Of a DNA stretch of 64,000 nt, positions 19,803 through 28,729 are shown one piece after another. The notes under the pieces are model-generated. The model ran no database searches and had not been told where the DNA came from. It worked only from the letters and a program-made list of their open reading frames with translations. A program made the position numbers and the translations under genes. Within the stretch, counting starts at the first letter, position 1; each line of letters starts with the position of its first letter. Source of the stretch: an uncultured Acidobacteriota bacterium (GTDB lineage: Bacteria > Actinomycetota > Acidimicrobiia > Spongiisociales > ZC4RG35); assembly GCA_963725075.1 (NCBI GenBank), contig CAVRXA010000003.1, forward strand, positions 2,485 to 66,484, given 5' to 3'.

Positions 19803-21332
19803 ACCAGCACGGGACGTCGGGGCGGTGGCCGCGCCGCCCGGCAGGCGGCGAGGACCGCTCGGGCCATCGAGTCAGTGCCGTTCCTCACCCGCAAGCTGAC
19901 ACCGGTCGAGGTGCTCGATGAGGAAGGGCTCTCGCTGATCGAGTCCAATGCAGACCTGCTCCTCGAGAGAGTCGGCATCGAGGTGGGCAACTTCCCCGAG
20001 GCGTTGGAGATCTTCCGTGACGGTGGATGTGAGGTCACCGACACCCGGGTCAGATTCCCTGCCGGGCTGGCCAGGAGCCTCATGGCGACTGCGCCGTCGA
20101 CCTTCACCCAACACGCCCGCAACCCCGAGCACGACGTTGTGATCGGCGACCCCCATCTCGTCTTCGCCCCGGCCTACGGGTCCCCGTTCGTCCGTGACCT
20201 GGAAGGAGGTCGTCGCTACGCCACCCTCGCCGACTTCGAGAACTTCGCCCGTCTGACCCACATGACCCCTGCCCTGCATCACGGCGGCGGGACCCTGTGC
20301 GAGCCGGTCGACCTGCCGGTCAACAAACGGCATTTCGACATGGTCCTGGCCCACATCAAGAACCACGATCGGGCGTTCATGGGCTCTGTCACCGCCCCCG
20401 AGCGGGCCCAGGACACGGTCGACATGGTCAGGATCCTGTTCGGTGGAGACATCGACCAGGGGAAGACGGTCCTTTTGTCTCTGTGCAACGCCAACAGCCC
20501 GATGAGCTGGGACTACAACATGCTCGGCTCGGCCAAGGTCTACGCCGAGAACAACCAGGCGTGTCTCATCACCCCCTTCATCCTCTCCGGGGCGATGGCG
20601 CCGGTCACCGTGGCCGGGACCGCAACCCAGACCCTCGCTGAGGCGATGGCCGGCATGGCGTTCTGCCAGTTGGTGCGACCCGGTGCGCCTGTTGTGTTCG
20701 GGTCCTTCGCTTCCTCGATCTCGATGCAGTCAGGTGCTCCCACGTTCGGCACCCCCGAGCCGGCAATGGTGCTTTTCGTGATGGCAGCCCTGGCCCGGCG
20801 ACTCGGTGTCCCCTTCCGCAGCGGGGGGAATCTCACCGCGGCGAAGACTCCTGACTACCAGGCGGCCTATGAATCGGCCGCCACCTTCCTTCCCACTCTT
20901 CTCGCCGGGGTCAATTTCGTGCTCCACACCGCCGGCTGGCTGGAGGGAGGGCTGGTCATGGGGTATGAGAAGTTCGTCCTGGACGCGGATCAGGCATCGA
21001 TGGCCGAGGCCCTGGTCGGGGGTCTGGACCTCTCGGATAACGGTCAGGCACTCGACGCCCTCCTCGACAATCCGCCCGGACAGCATTTCCTGGGGAACCC
21101 CCACACCCTGGCCAACTTCGAGAACGCCTTCTGGCGCAGCGCCACCGCGGACAACAACAGCTTCGAGCAATGGCTGGAGGCGGGATCCCAGGAGGCCGCC
21201 TCGAGGGCGCACACCATCTGGCGCAAGATGCTGACCGAGTACGAGCCGCCGCCCCTGGATGAGGCCGTCGAGGCGGAGTTGACCGAGTGGGTGGCGCAGC
21301 GCAAGGCCTCTTTCCCGGACTCGGATGTCTGA
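19794..21332 (+). CDS. Trimethylamine methyltransferase (MttB) superfamily, non-pyrrolysine (MtgB-like quaternary amine:corrinoid methyltransferase)
   Basis: APAYGSPFV, CEPVDLP, NANSP, GAPTFGTPE, RSGG, HTAGWLEGG; no in-frame TAG. Confidence 0.9.
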   Translation: MEQTSTGRRGGGRAARQAARTARAIESVPFLTRKLTPVEVLDEEGLSLIESNADLLLERVGIEVGNFPEALEIFRDGGCEVTDTRVRFPAGLARSLMATAPSTFTQHARNPEHDVVIGDPHLVFAPAYGSPFVRDLEGGRRYATLADFENFARLTHMTPALHHGGGTLCEPVDLPVNKRHFDMVLAHIKNHDRAFMGSVTAPERAQDTVDMVRILFGGDIDQGKTVLLSLCNANSPMSWDYNMLGSAKVYAENNQACLITPFILSGAMAPVTVAGTATQTLAEAMAGMAFCQLVRPGAPVVFGSFASSISMQSGAPTFGTPEPAMVLFVMAALARRLGVPFRSGGNLTAAKTPDYQAAYESAATFLPTLLAGVNFVLHTAGWLEGGLVMGYEKFVLDADQASMAEALVGGLDLSDNGQALDALLDNPPGQHFLGNPHTLANFENAFWRSATADNNSFEQWLEAGSQEAASRAHTIWRKMLTEYEPPPLDEAVEAELTEWVAQRKASFPDSDV

Positions 21333-21334
21333 GC

Positions 21335-22156
21335 ATGAGTGACGTCCTGGAACGAGCTCTCCTCACCGGGGCCGACTTCGAGGTGATACCCCTCGACGGC
21401 GTGCTGGACAAGGCATCTTCGATCGAGCCGGGCTCGACGGTCTCAGTGACCGCCTCGCCCACCCGGGGGATGAGCCCCACCCTGGATCTGGCCATCGAGC
21501 TCCAGACCCGGGGCCATCGGGCGGTGCCCCACCTGTCGGCCAGGACGATCGAGAACCGCCGCGACCTGGCTTCGATCATCAAGCGTCTGGACGACGGAGG
21601 GGTGGGACAGGTCTTCGTCACCGGGGGTGATGGACCGCCACAGGGTGACTACTACGACGCGCTCTCGCTGCTCGAAGACATGGCGGCGGTCGGTCATCCC
21701 TTCCTCGAAGTCGGGATCACCGGGTATCCCGAGGGCCACCCGGCCATCTCACCCGGCCGTCTCCGCCAATCACTGCTCGAAAAGCAGTCGCTTGCGACGT
21801 ATGTCGTCACGCAGATGTGTTTCAGCCCGGAGACGATCGTTGAATGGATCACCTCCATCCGGGCCGATGGCGTGACCCTCCCCGTCAAGGTCGGGGTGCC
21901 CGGTGCGGTCGATCCCACCCGTCTCCTCAGCATCGGGGCGCGAATCGGCGTGGGTGAATCGATGAGGTTCCTCGCCAAGAACCGTGGCTCGATCCTCGGG
22001 ATGCTGCGTCCGGGCCGGTACCAGCCCGACAGGATCATCGGACGGCTCGCCCGTCTCGGCGAGGACCTGGGGATGACCGGCATCCACATCTTCACTTTCA
22101 ACCAGGTCGAGCCCACGGTCGCCTGGCACCGCAAGGCGCTGTCGAGGGTGACCTGA
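21335..22156 (+). CDS. metF: Methylenetetrahydrofolate reductase (MetF-like)
   Basis: VPHLSAR, GYPEGHP, VTQMCF, HIFTFN; ATG at 21335. Confidence 0.85.
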   Translation: MSDVLERALLTGADFEVIPLDGVLDKASSIEPGSTVSVTASPTRGMSPTLDLAIELQTRGHRAVPHLSARTIENRRDLASIIKRLDDGGVGQVFVTGGDGPPQGDYYDALSLLEDMAAVGHPFLEVGITGYPEGHPAISPGRLRQSLLEKQSLATYVVTQMCFSPETIVEWITSIRADGVTLPVKVGVPGAVDPTRLLSIGARIGVGESMRFLAKNRGSILGMLRPGRYQPDRIIGRLARLGEDLGMTGIHIFTFNQVEPTVAWHRKALSRVT

Positions 22157-22902
22157 TGGCGGTGCAGTCGATCGATCGCGCATTCCAGGTGCTCAAGGCG
22201 TTGGCAGTGGAGCCCTCGGGTGTGACCGAGCTCGCCTCCCGGGTCGGTCTGCCCAAGTCGACCGTGGCCAGGATGCTGTCGAGCCTCGAAGACCAGGGCG
22301 CGGTGACCAGGGGGCCGGACGGCACCTCGTATGCGATTGGCATCGGGCTGGTCGAGATTGCCGGCGCTATCGATGCCACTGCAGCGCTCGCCACCGCGGT
22401 CCGCCCACATCTGGTCTGGCTGTCCGATCAGCTCGGTGAGGCCGCCGGCTTCAGCATCCCGACCGGATACACCATCCAGTACATGGTGCAGGTGGAGAGC
22501 CCAAACCCCGTCCAGGTCCGTGACTACACCGGTCTGATGGTGCCGATGCATATCGGCCCCTCCGGTCTCTGCGTGATGGCGCAATGGCCGGCCGAGGAGG
22601 TCGATCGCTACCTGAGCCGTCCACTCGAGGCGTACACGTCGCACACGGTGGTGGATTCCGGCGAGATCCGGGCAAGGCTGGAAGCGATCCGGGGCTCGGG
22701 CCATTGCTGGATCCGTGAGGAATTCGCCGAGGGGATCAACTCGGTGGCGGCTCCGGTGCTGGCCGACGGAAAGCGTGCCCTCGGCGCAATCCACGTCCAC
22801 GGCCCGGCCTACAGGTTCCCGGCTGATGGACGAGCCGACTCCATCGCCTCGCTCGTGATGGATGCCGCGGCCCGCTTCTCCAGTCGATCCGACACCGTGT
22901 GA
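22156..22902 (+). CDS. IclR family transcriptional regulator
   Basis: VQSIDRAFQVL..GVTELA..GLPKSTVARML HTH; SVAAPV C-terminal effector domain. Confidence 0.93.
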   Translation: MAVQSIDRAFQVLKALAVEPSGVTELASRVGLPKSTVARMLSSLEDQGAVTRGPDGTSYAIGIGLVEIAGAIDATAALATAVRPHLVWLSDQLGEAAGFSIPTGYTIQYMVQVESPNPVQVRDYTGLMVPMHIGPSGLCVMAQWPAEEVDRYLSRPLEAYTSHTVVDSGEIRARLEAIRGSGHCWIREEFAEGINSVAAPVLADGKRALGAIHVHGPAYRFPADGRADSIASLVMDAAARFSSRSDTV

Positions 22903-22962
22903 AGCCAGTGAGCTGAAGCACTGGCACCGAATACTCGCCCGGTCGATGAGCATCTTGAAGCG

Positions 22963-22994
22963 ATGGCATGACAGTGGCATGATTAGCGCATGCC
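22963..22994 (+). promoter_or_regulatory. Possible TA autoregulatory operator
   Basis: TGGCATGA direct repeat twice plus a GGCATG...CATGCC inverted repeat over the antitoxin start. Confidence 0.45.
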
Positions 22995-23226
22995 AAGAGT
23001 GAGAGTGAGTACGACCGTCGACGAAGGGTTGATCCAAAGCGCCAGACGGCTTCGAGCACCATTGAACGACGCGGCGATCCTGGATGAGGCCCTGGCTGCT
23101 CTGCTCACCCGCCATCGAGAAGCCGAGATCGACCGCAGTTACGCCGTTTATGACCAGCATCCACTGGACGAGCCCGACGATTGGGGGGATCTGGCGTCGT
23201 TCCGCAAGGGCGCGGCAGCCTCATGA
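22990..23226 (+). CDS. mazE: Type II antitoxin (MazE5-like)
   Basis: RVSTTVD...[28 protein letters not shown], recalled as resembling M. tuberculosis MazE5; ATGA overlap with the toxin. Confidence 0.8.
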   Translation: MPRVRVSTTVDEGLIQSARRLRAPLNDAAILDEALAALLTRHREAEIDRSYAVYDQHPLDEPDDWGDLASFRKGAAAS

Positions 23227-23552
23227 CAGGAGTGCCCGCAAGGGGGGAGGTCTGGTGGTGCGAGTTGCCTGAGATCTCACGGCGCCCTGTAGTGGTTCTC
23301 TCCCGTGATGCAGCCATTCCGAGACTCCGGCGCGCACTGGTGGCGCCTTGCACCACCAATGTGCGCGGACTGGCGAGCGAAGTGGTGCTCGAGCCGGGCG
23401 AGGACCCGGTGCCACGACGATCTGCGGTCAACCTCGACTCGGTCGAGAGCGTCTCTGTCGGTGTCCTCGTGGAGCGCGTCGGTCGTCTCAGCGACGACCG
23501 AATGCGCGAGATCTGCGCGGCGCTGGCGATCGCGGTCGCCTGCGGTCCCTGA
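23223..23552 (+). CDS. mazF: PemK/MazF family endoribonuclease toxin (MazF5-like)
   Basis: RGEVWW...RRPVVVLS...VAPCTT...NLDSV...GRL. Confidence 0.92.
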   Translation: MTGVPARGEVWWCELPEISRRPVVVLSRDAAIPRLRRALVAPCTTNVRGLASEVVLEPGEDPVPRRSAVNLDSVESVSVGVLVERVGRLSDDRMREICAALAIAVACGP

Positions 23553-23623
23553 TCGATCGCAAGCAAGCCGGCACCCCCTTCCCCTAAGGTTGAACCACCG
23601 TTCAGGATTCGAGGAGGACAGCG

Positions 23624-24802
23624 GTGGCCAACGAACGTCGCGAGATGCTGGAGAAGAGCACCACGCTCTATTTCGGCCCCTGGTACCGGAGATCGCCCTT
23701 CTTCGAGTCGACGCTTGCCGCCGGCTGCTCCTCCTACGACATCTACAACCACATGTACCTGCCCGCCTACTACGACGACCCCGACGTGGAGTACTGGGCG
23801 CTGGTGAACGGGGTCACGATGTGGGACGTAGGTGTCGAGCGAACGGTCGAAGTAAGCGGGAAAGATGCCGACCGGCTGATCGACTACATCACGTGCCGGG
23901 ACCTGACCAAGTGCGCCGTCGGCCAGGGGAAGTACATGCCGGTCATCGCTCCCGACGGCGGGATCGTGAACGACCCGGTCCTGCTTCACGTCGGCGAGAA
24001 CCGGTGGTGGATGCAGCTGGCCGACTCCGATGCCGGGCTGTACGCCCTCGGCGTGGCGGCCGGCCGCTTCGATGCGGACGTCACTCTGCCGGACGTGCAC
24101 CCGATGCAGGTGCAGGGACCACTGGCAGCCAAGACCCTGGAGAAGCTGGTCGGGGCCGGCATCTACGACATCAAGTACTACTGGCTGGGCGAGTTCGAGA
24201 TCGATGGGATCCCGGTCGTGATCAGCCGCACCGGGTGGACCGCCATCCCCGGGTTCGAGATCAACGTCCTCGATCGGCGTGATGGCACCGCCCTCTGGGA
24301 CGCGGTGGCGGCCGCGGGCGAGGAGTTCGACATCCGCCCCATTGCCCCATGTGAGGCGCGCCGGATCGAGGCCGGGATCTTCAACTACGGGTCCGACATG
24401 ACCCTCGATGACACTCCGTTTCATCTCAGCGGCATGGAGCGTCTGGTGGAGTCGCAGGACCAGGACTACCTGGGGAAGGCGGCGTTGGAAAGCATCCGGG
24501 AGACAGGGGTCGACCGCAAGCTCGTCGGGATGTTCCTCGAAGGCGACCAGTTGCGGGCCGAGCTGTCACAGCCCTGGCCGGTGCTCTTGATGGAGATCGA
24601 GGTCGGTCGGGTCACCGACGCGGTTTGGTCGCCCGGGCTGGAGCGGAACATCGGGTACATGTGGGTCCCGATCGAGCTGCTCGACCACGGGACCCGGGTC
24701 GAGGTCGTGACCGAGGACGGTGAGGAGCTGACCGCGGTCGCGGCGAGCCTGCCCTTCGTCGACCCGCAGAAGAAGGTGCCGGCCAAGAGCCTCAGCGTCT
24801 GA
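23624..24802 (+). CDS. GcvT-family THF-dependent methyltransferase, DmdA (DMSP demethylase)-like
   Basis: YNHMYLP, WDVGVERTVEVSGKD, TCRDL, VNDPVLL, WWMQLADSD, VQGP, SRTGW, RIEAG..NYG.D. Confidence 0.8.
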   Translation: MANERREMLEKSTTLYFGPWYRRSPFFESTLAAGCSSYDIYNHMYLPAYYDDPDVEYWALVNGVTMWDVGVERTVEVSGKDADRLIDYITCRDLTKCAVGQGKYMPVIAPDGGIVNDPVLLHVGENRWWMQLADSDAGLYALGVAAGRFDADVTLPDVHPMQVQGPLAAKTLEKLVGAGIYDIKYYWLGEFEIDGIPVVISRTGWTAIPGFEINVLDRRDGTALWDAVAAAGEEFDIRPIAPCEARRIEAGIFNYGSDMTLDDTPFHLSGMERLVESQDQDYLGKAALESIRETGVDRKLVGMFLEGDQLRAELSQPWPVLLMEIEVGRVTDAVWSPGLERNIGYMWVPIELLDHGTRVEVVTEDGEELTAVAASLPFVDPQKKVPAKSLSV

Positions 24803-26626
24803 GCAGCTCGAGGACCTGTTCGACCACGAGGTCCGGGTGGTCCCAGATCACCATGTCGAGCCCTGATTCGTTGGCGATGACGGAGCGCGAGTCGGTCGAG
24901 AGCGCGGCGTAGAAGGCCAGCCCTTCTTGCCAGTAAGTGTTCACCGCGTCAACGGCCTCACGTCCAAATGCGTCGATGAAACCTCGCGACTGGAACACCG
25001 AGTCCGGATCCTGTTCGATCACTGTCAAAGGCACGTTCCCGAGGCCATCGAGAGATTGGGAGACCTCGGCATCCAGATCGAGCCACGGTGGGTGGCCTGC
25101 CAGGTCCGGGAGGAGATCATCGTAGAAGTCCTGGAACCCGACCGGCTTCGGGTCGACCAGCACCAGGCCGGCAATATCGTCACGCCCATCGGCAAACAGA
25201 CGGGCAGCGTGCACACCGTCGACGGCAGCGGCCAACACGTAGGGCCCGGAGATCCCGGCCTCGCTCAGAGCCTGCTCGAGGTCGGCAGCTTGTTGTTGCG
25301 GCGTCGTCTCACCCTCCACGTATCCGTTGGAGCAGACGACGTATCCCTCGCTGGATAGCTCGGCCTGGATGACCGACCACGACCCGTAGTCGATCCAGTC
25401 TGAAGGTTGGAGGATGACAGTGGGGCCACCGGACTCGGCGCTCCCGGTGCAGAGCAAGCGATGGGGGAACCGATTCCAGTCGTCGACCACGATCGGGCCC
25501 ATTTCGATGAGGTCGGCGCTGGTGTCGAGCCGGATCAAGGCTCCGCGGTGATAGAAGGTCACCCAAAGCGCCCCATCGGCCACTGCCAGCCCGCCGGGCT
25601 TGCCGGGCATCGGATATCGGTGCTGCTCGCCAGTTGCCGGGTCGATCCGGATCAAGAGATGGTCGGTGCTCGAGGTCACCCAGAGATCGCCGTCGAATTC
25701 GATCAGGTCGAGGAGCCCGAAAGTGAGGCCGGCAAACGCTCCGAACTCGCCCGAATTCGGGTCGTAGACGTTGAGGTTGGTCCCCCAGGGATAGTCGCCA
25801 TCCAGCAAGAAGAGGCGGCCGTCCGCTTCCGCGACCTGGCGAATTCCCGATCCGCTCATGGTCTCCAACCCTCGTTCGGTCGGGATCACCATGTCGCCGA
25901 GCTGCCCACTTTCGGACAAGCTGGAGATCAGGTCAGTGCCGGGGTCGTTGACCCAGAGATGGCCAAGCCCATCGCCCCCCTTGAGCTCCCCCGGAACCGT
26001 GGCGATGATCTCCCCCTCGGTCGATATCCGGATCACATCAGCCTGCTCACGGCCGACCCACAGACTGTCTCCCAGCCAATTGGCCCACCCAGGCACTCCA
26101 CCGACGGGGATGGTCAGATCGACCTCTCCGCTTTCTGGGTCGAACCGCAGCACCGTGCCGCCGTTGTCAGGACTTATCAGCCAGAGTCGACCGCCGCCGA
26201 CGACCACGCCCTCGACGCGGGCGTCGATGGGATAGGTCGCCTCGATTTCTCCTGACTGAGCAGACACCTCTTGGAGAAGGTTCTGCAGGGTGGTCATCAC
26301 CCAGATGCGTGTCGCCGTCGACGTCCATCGCCTGAAGACCGCCTGACGCCAGCGGAACTGCCTCATCGATACCCCGGATACGCAGCGAGGCCGTCGAGAT
26401 TCGGGGCGAAGACCGATGGGGGATCGTGCGGAGCGCCACCGGGATGGCGACCGCGATCACTGCTGCAAATGAGGCGACGGCGATCAGCCAGGGTCTACGC
26501 CACACCGCGGCAGAGGGAGCTCAGGGACCCGGACACGCCAATCCGCTCGTCGACCTTGGTCCGTAGTCGATTCGCGTCAGCATGCATGTCGCGGGCCGGA
26601 TCGGCGCGCTCCATCAGCTCCATCAT
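24792..26626 (-). CDS. Membrane-anchored protein: anti-sigma-like N-terminus + TM + beta-propeller + degenerate alpha/beta hydrolase (two or more frameshifts near the N-terminus)
   Basis: ATGA overlap with the sigma stop; MMELMERADPA; TM WLIAVASFAAVIAVAIPV; repeated LWV...RID blades; C-terminal GPYVL...AGLVLVD fold. Confidence 0.6.
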
Positions 26627-27177
26627 GTCGAGGCCTCCTTGGGTGAAACTTGCGAGGATCCGGGAGCGAGCCGGTCGAGTCGAGCCCTCAATCGAGCCCG
26701 TGCCCGGTGCAGCCGTTGGTCGACCGCGTTCTCCTTGATGCCCAGAACCTGGGCGATCTCCGCTCGGCTCAGACCATCCCAGGAGGAAAGGCGGAGCAAC
26801 TCCTGGTCGGTTCTGCCCAGCTGTTCGAGCGCGGACAGCAGGTCATCGAACTCGCCGTCCGAACTGGTGCCGGGTCCCTGAGGGGTGGTCTGCTCCAAAC
26901 GCGCCGACAGCCTGTTTCGACGCTGACGGCTTCGGTACTGACTCCCCACCACCCGATGGGCGACTCCGAACAGCCATGCCTTTCTGGCATCACCCTCCGG
27001 CATGTCTTCGATGCGGCGCCAGGCAACGGCGAACACATCGGCAGCGGCATCTTCGGCATCGGTGGGGCCGAGGCGGCGAGCGCAATACCGGAAGATGGCG
27101 TTGTAGTTGGAGTCGAACAGATGGTCGAAGCGAACGCTTGGGTTCTCGGTCAGCTCGATGGCACTTCGCTCGGACAC
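26623..27177 (-). CDS. ECF RNA polymerase sigma factor
   Basis: DAEDAAADVFAVAWRR, AWLFGVA (region 2); LSRAEIAQVLG...RLHRARARL (region 4). Confidence 0.92.
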   Translation of the reverse strand: MSERSAIELTENPSVRFDHLFDSNYNAIFRYCARRLGPTDAEDAAADVFAVAWRRIEDMPEGDARKAWLFGVAHRVVGSQYRSRQRRNRLSARLEQTTPQGPGTSSDGEFDDLLSALEQLGRTDQELLRLSSWDGLSRAEIAQVLGIKENAVDQRLHRARARLRARLDRLAPGSSQVSPKEAST

Positions 27178-27221
27178 ATCTGCCTTTCCGACATGTTATG
27201 TGCCCGGATCAGCCGCTCTGC

Positions 27222-27720
27222 TTACACCTGTCCCGGCTGATCCTCCATCGGCGTGAGCCTGATGATCGGGATCTTGCGGTCGGTCTTCTCCAGGTAGGAG
27301 CCGTATCCGGGAGCCAGCGACACGATCCGATCCCACGCCTCCTGGTATTCCTCGCCCGTCGAGCGAATCGGCGTGGACACTGGTCTTGTGCTTATCGACC
27401 GTGGCCCAAGCCTGATCGGGATTGGCGGCGAGGTTGTGACACCAGCCCGGGTGCCGAGCCGCGCCACCGTTGGAGCCGACCACGAGCCATGCGCCTGGAT
27501 GCTCCGGGTCGTCGAACCGGCCGAGCAACGCCTTTCTCTCTTTCCCGCTCTTGGCTCCCATCGTGGTCAGCAAGACGAGCGGCAGGCCTTGCATCTTCAT
27601 GCGATCGCCCATCGTGTTGAAGATGAGATTGCCCAAACCCGCCCCGGCCTTCATCAGGGCTTTGGCGAAGCCGGGTATCTCGGTACCCCGGGTTCCTTTG
27701 GGAGAGAGCGTCACCGCCAT
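27222..27720 (-). CDS. F420-dependent nitroreductase family (Ddn-like) oxidoreductase (frameshift ~27355)
   Basis: LLTTMGAKSGKER, VVGSNGG...HPGW.HNL.ANP, YGSY..KTDRKIP. Confidence 0.88.
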
Positions 27721-27768
27721 TCGGGGGAGCCTATTCGACCGCGACTTCAGCCCACTTAGCATCGGGGC

Positions 27769-28701
27769 ATGAGCGATCGGGATGCGGTGCTGGTAACCGG
27801 GGCGCGCGGGTTCATCGGCGCCTGGGTGGTCAAGACACTGCTGGCCGACGGTCGGGGAGTAGTGGCGCTCGATCAAGATCCGGATCGAGCCCGTCTCGCT
27901 CAGGTCCTCGAGGACGACGATGACAGCTCTCTGACCGAGGTAGCCGGTGACATCACCGATCTCCCGGCGTTGAAACAGGCCCTAACCGACAATCGGATCG
28001 GTGCGGTCATCCATCTCGCCGCCCTCCAGGTCCCGGCGTGCGCAGCCAACCCTTCCCGCGGCGCGTTGGTGAACGTCGTCGGGACCACCAATGTGCTGGT
28101 CGCAGCCCGTGATGCCGGGATCGAGACTCCGGTGGTCTACGCCAGCTCGGTGGCTGCGTTGAGCCCTAATGGGGACGATGGCCCACCATCGACCATGTAC
28201 GGGGTCTTCAAGAAGGCCAACGAGGGCACGGCACTGCGGATGTGGAGCGATGAGGGAGTCTCCTCCATCGGCATTCGCCCTCACACCGGGTACGGCGTCG
28301 GCCGGGATCAGGGTCTCACCTCCGGACCGACCAAGGCCATGCTCCACGCCGCGGCCGGCCTTCCCTATCACATCGGTTTCGGCGGATCACTCCAGATGCA
28401 GCACGGGCAGGACGTGGCCCGGGTGCTCGTGGCCGCCGCTGACTCTGGCTTCGAGGGCGCCATCGTGCTCAACCTTCCGACACCAGCCACCGACATGGCG
28501 ACGATCGTCGCCGCCATCGAGGCGGCGGCGCCGGAATCGGCCGGGTCGATCACCTTCGATGAGACACCGCTCCCGTTCCCACCCCAGCCAGTGCCCGATG
28601 ACGTCGAGGCCATCCTTGGCAACCATCTCCGAGACGCCACTCGAGGCGCGGGGTGGAATCGACAATCCGCCAATTCGAGCGATTGCTGGCCCGTGGGCTG
28701 A
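27769..28701 (+). CDS. NAD-dependent epimerase/dehydratase (possible frameshift near the 3' end)
   Basis: VTGARGFIG, IHLAALQ, YASS, YGVFK. Confidence 0.85.
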   Translation: MSDRDAVLVTGARGFIGAWVVKTLLADGRGVVALDQDPDRARLAQVLEDDDDSSLTEVAGDITDLPALKQALTDNRIGAVIHLAALQVPACAANPSRGALVNVVGTTNVLVAARDAGIETPVVYASSVAALSPNGDDGPPSTMYGVFKKANEGTALRMWSDEGVSSIGIRPHTGYGVGRDQGLTSGPTKAMLHAAAGLPYHIGFGGSLQMQHGQDVARVLVAAADSGFEGAIVLNLPTPATDMATIVAAIEAAAPESAGSITFDETPLPFPPQPVPDDVEAILGNHLRDATRGAGWNRQSANSSDCWPVG

Positions 28702-28729
28702 TCACACCTCGCAGTTAGGCTCGGGCGCC

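Noticed and set aside
19794-21332. Possible pyrrolysine recoding in the MttB homolog
   Set aside because: The ORF is uninterrupted with no in-frame TAG, and no pyl genes are visible.
23591-23604. TGAAC-N4-GTTCA palindrome upstream of the dmdA-like gene
   Set aside because: Only 5-bp arms and it does not match the IclR-type sites; insufficient support.
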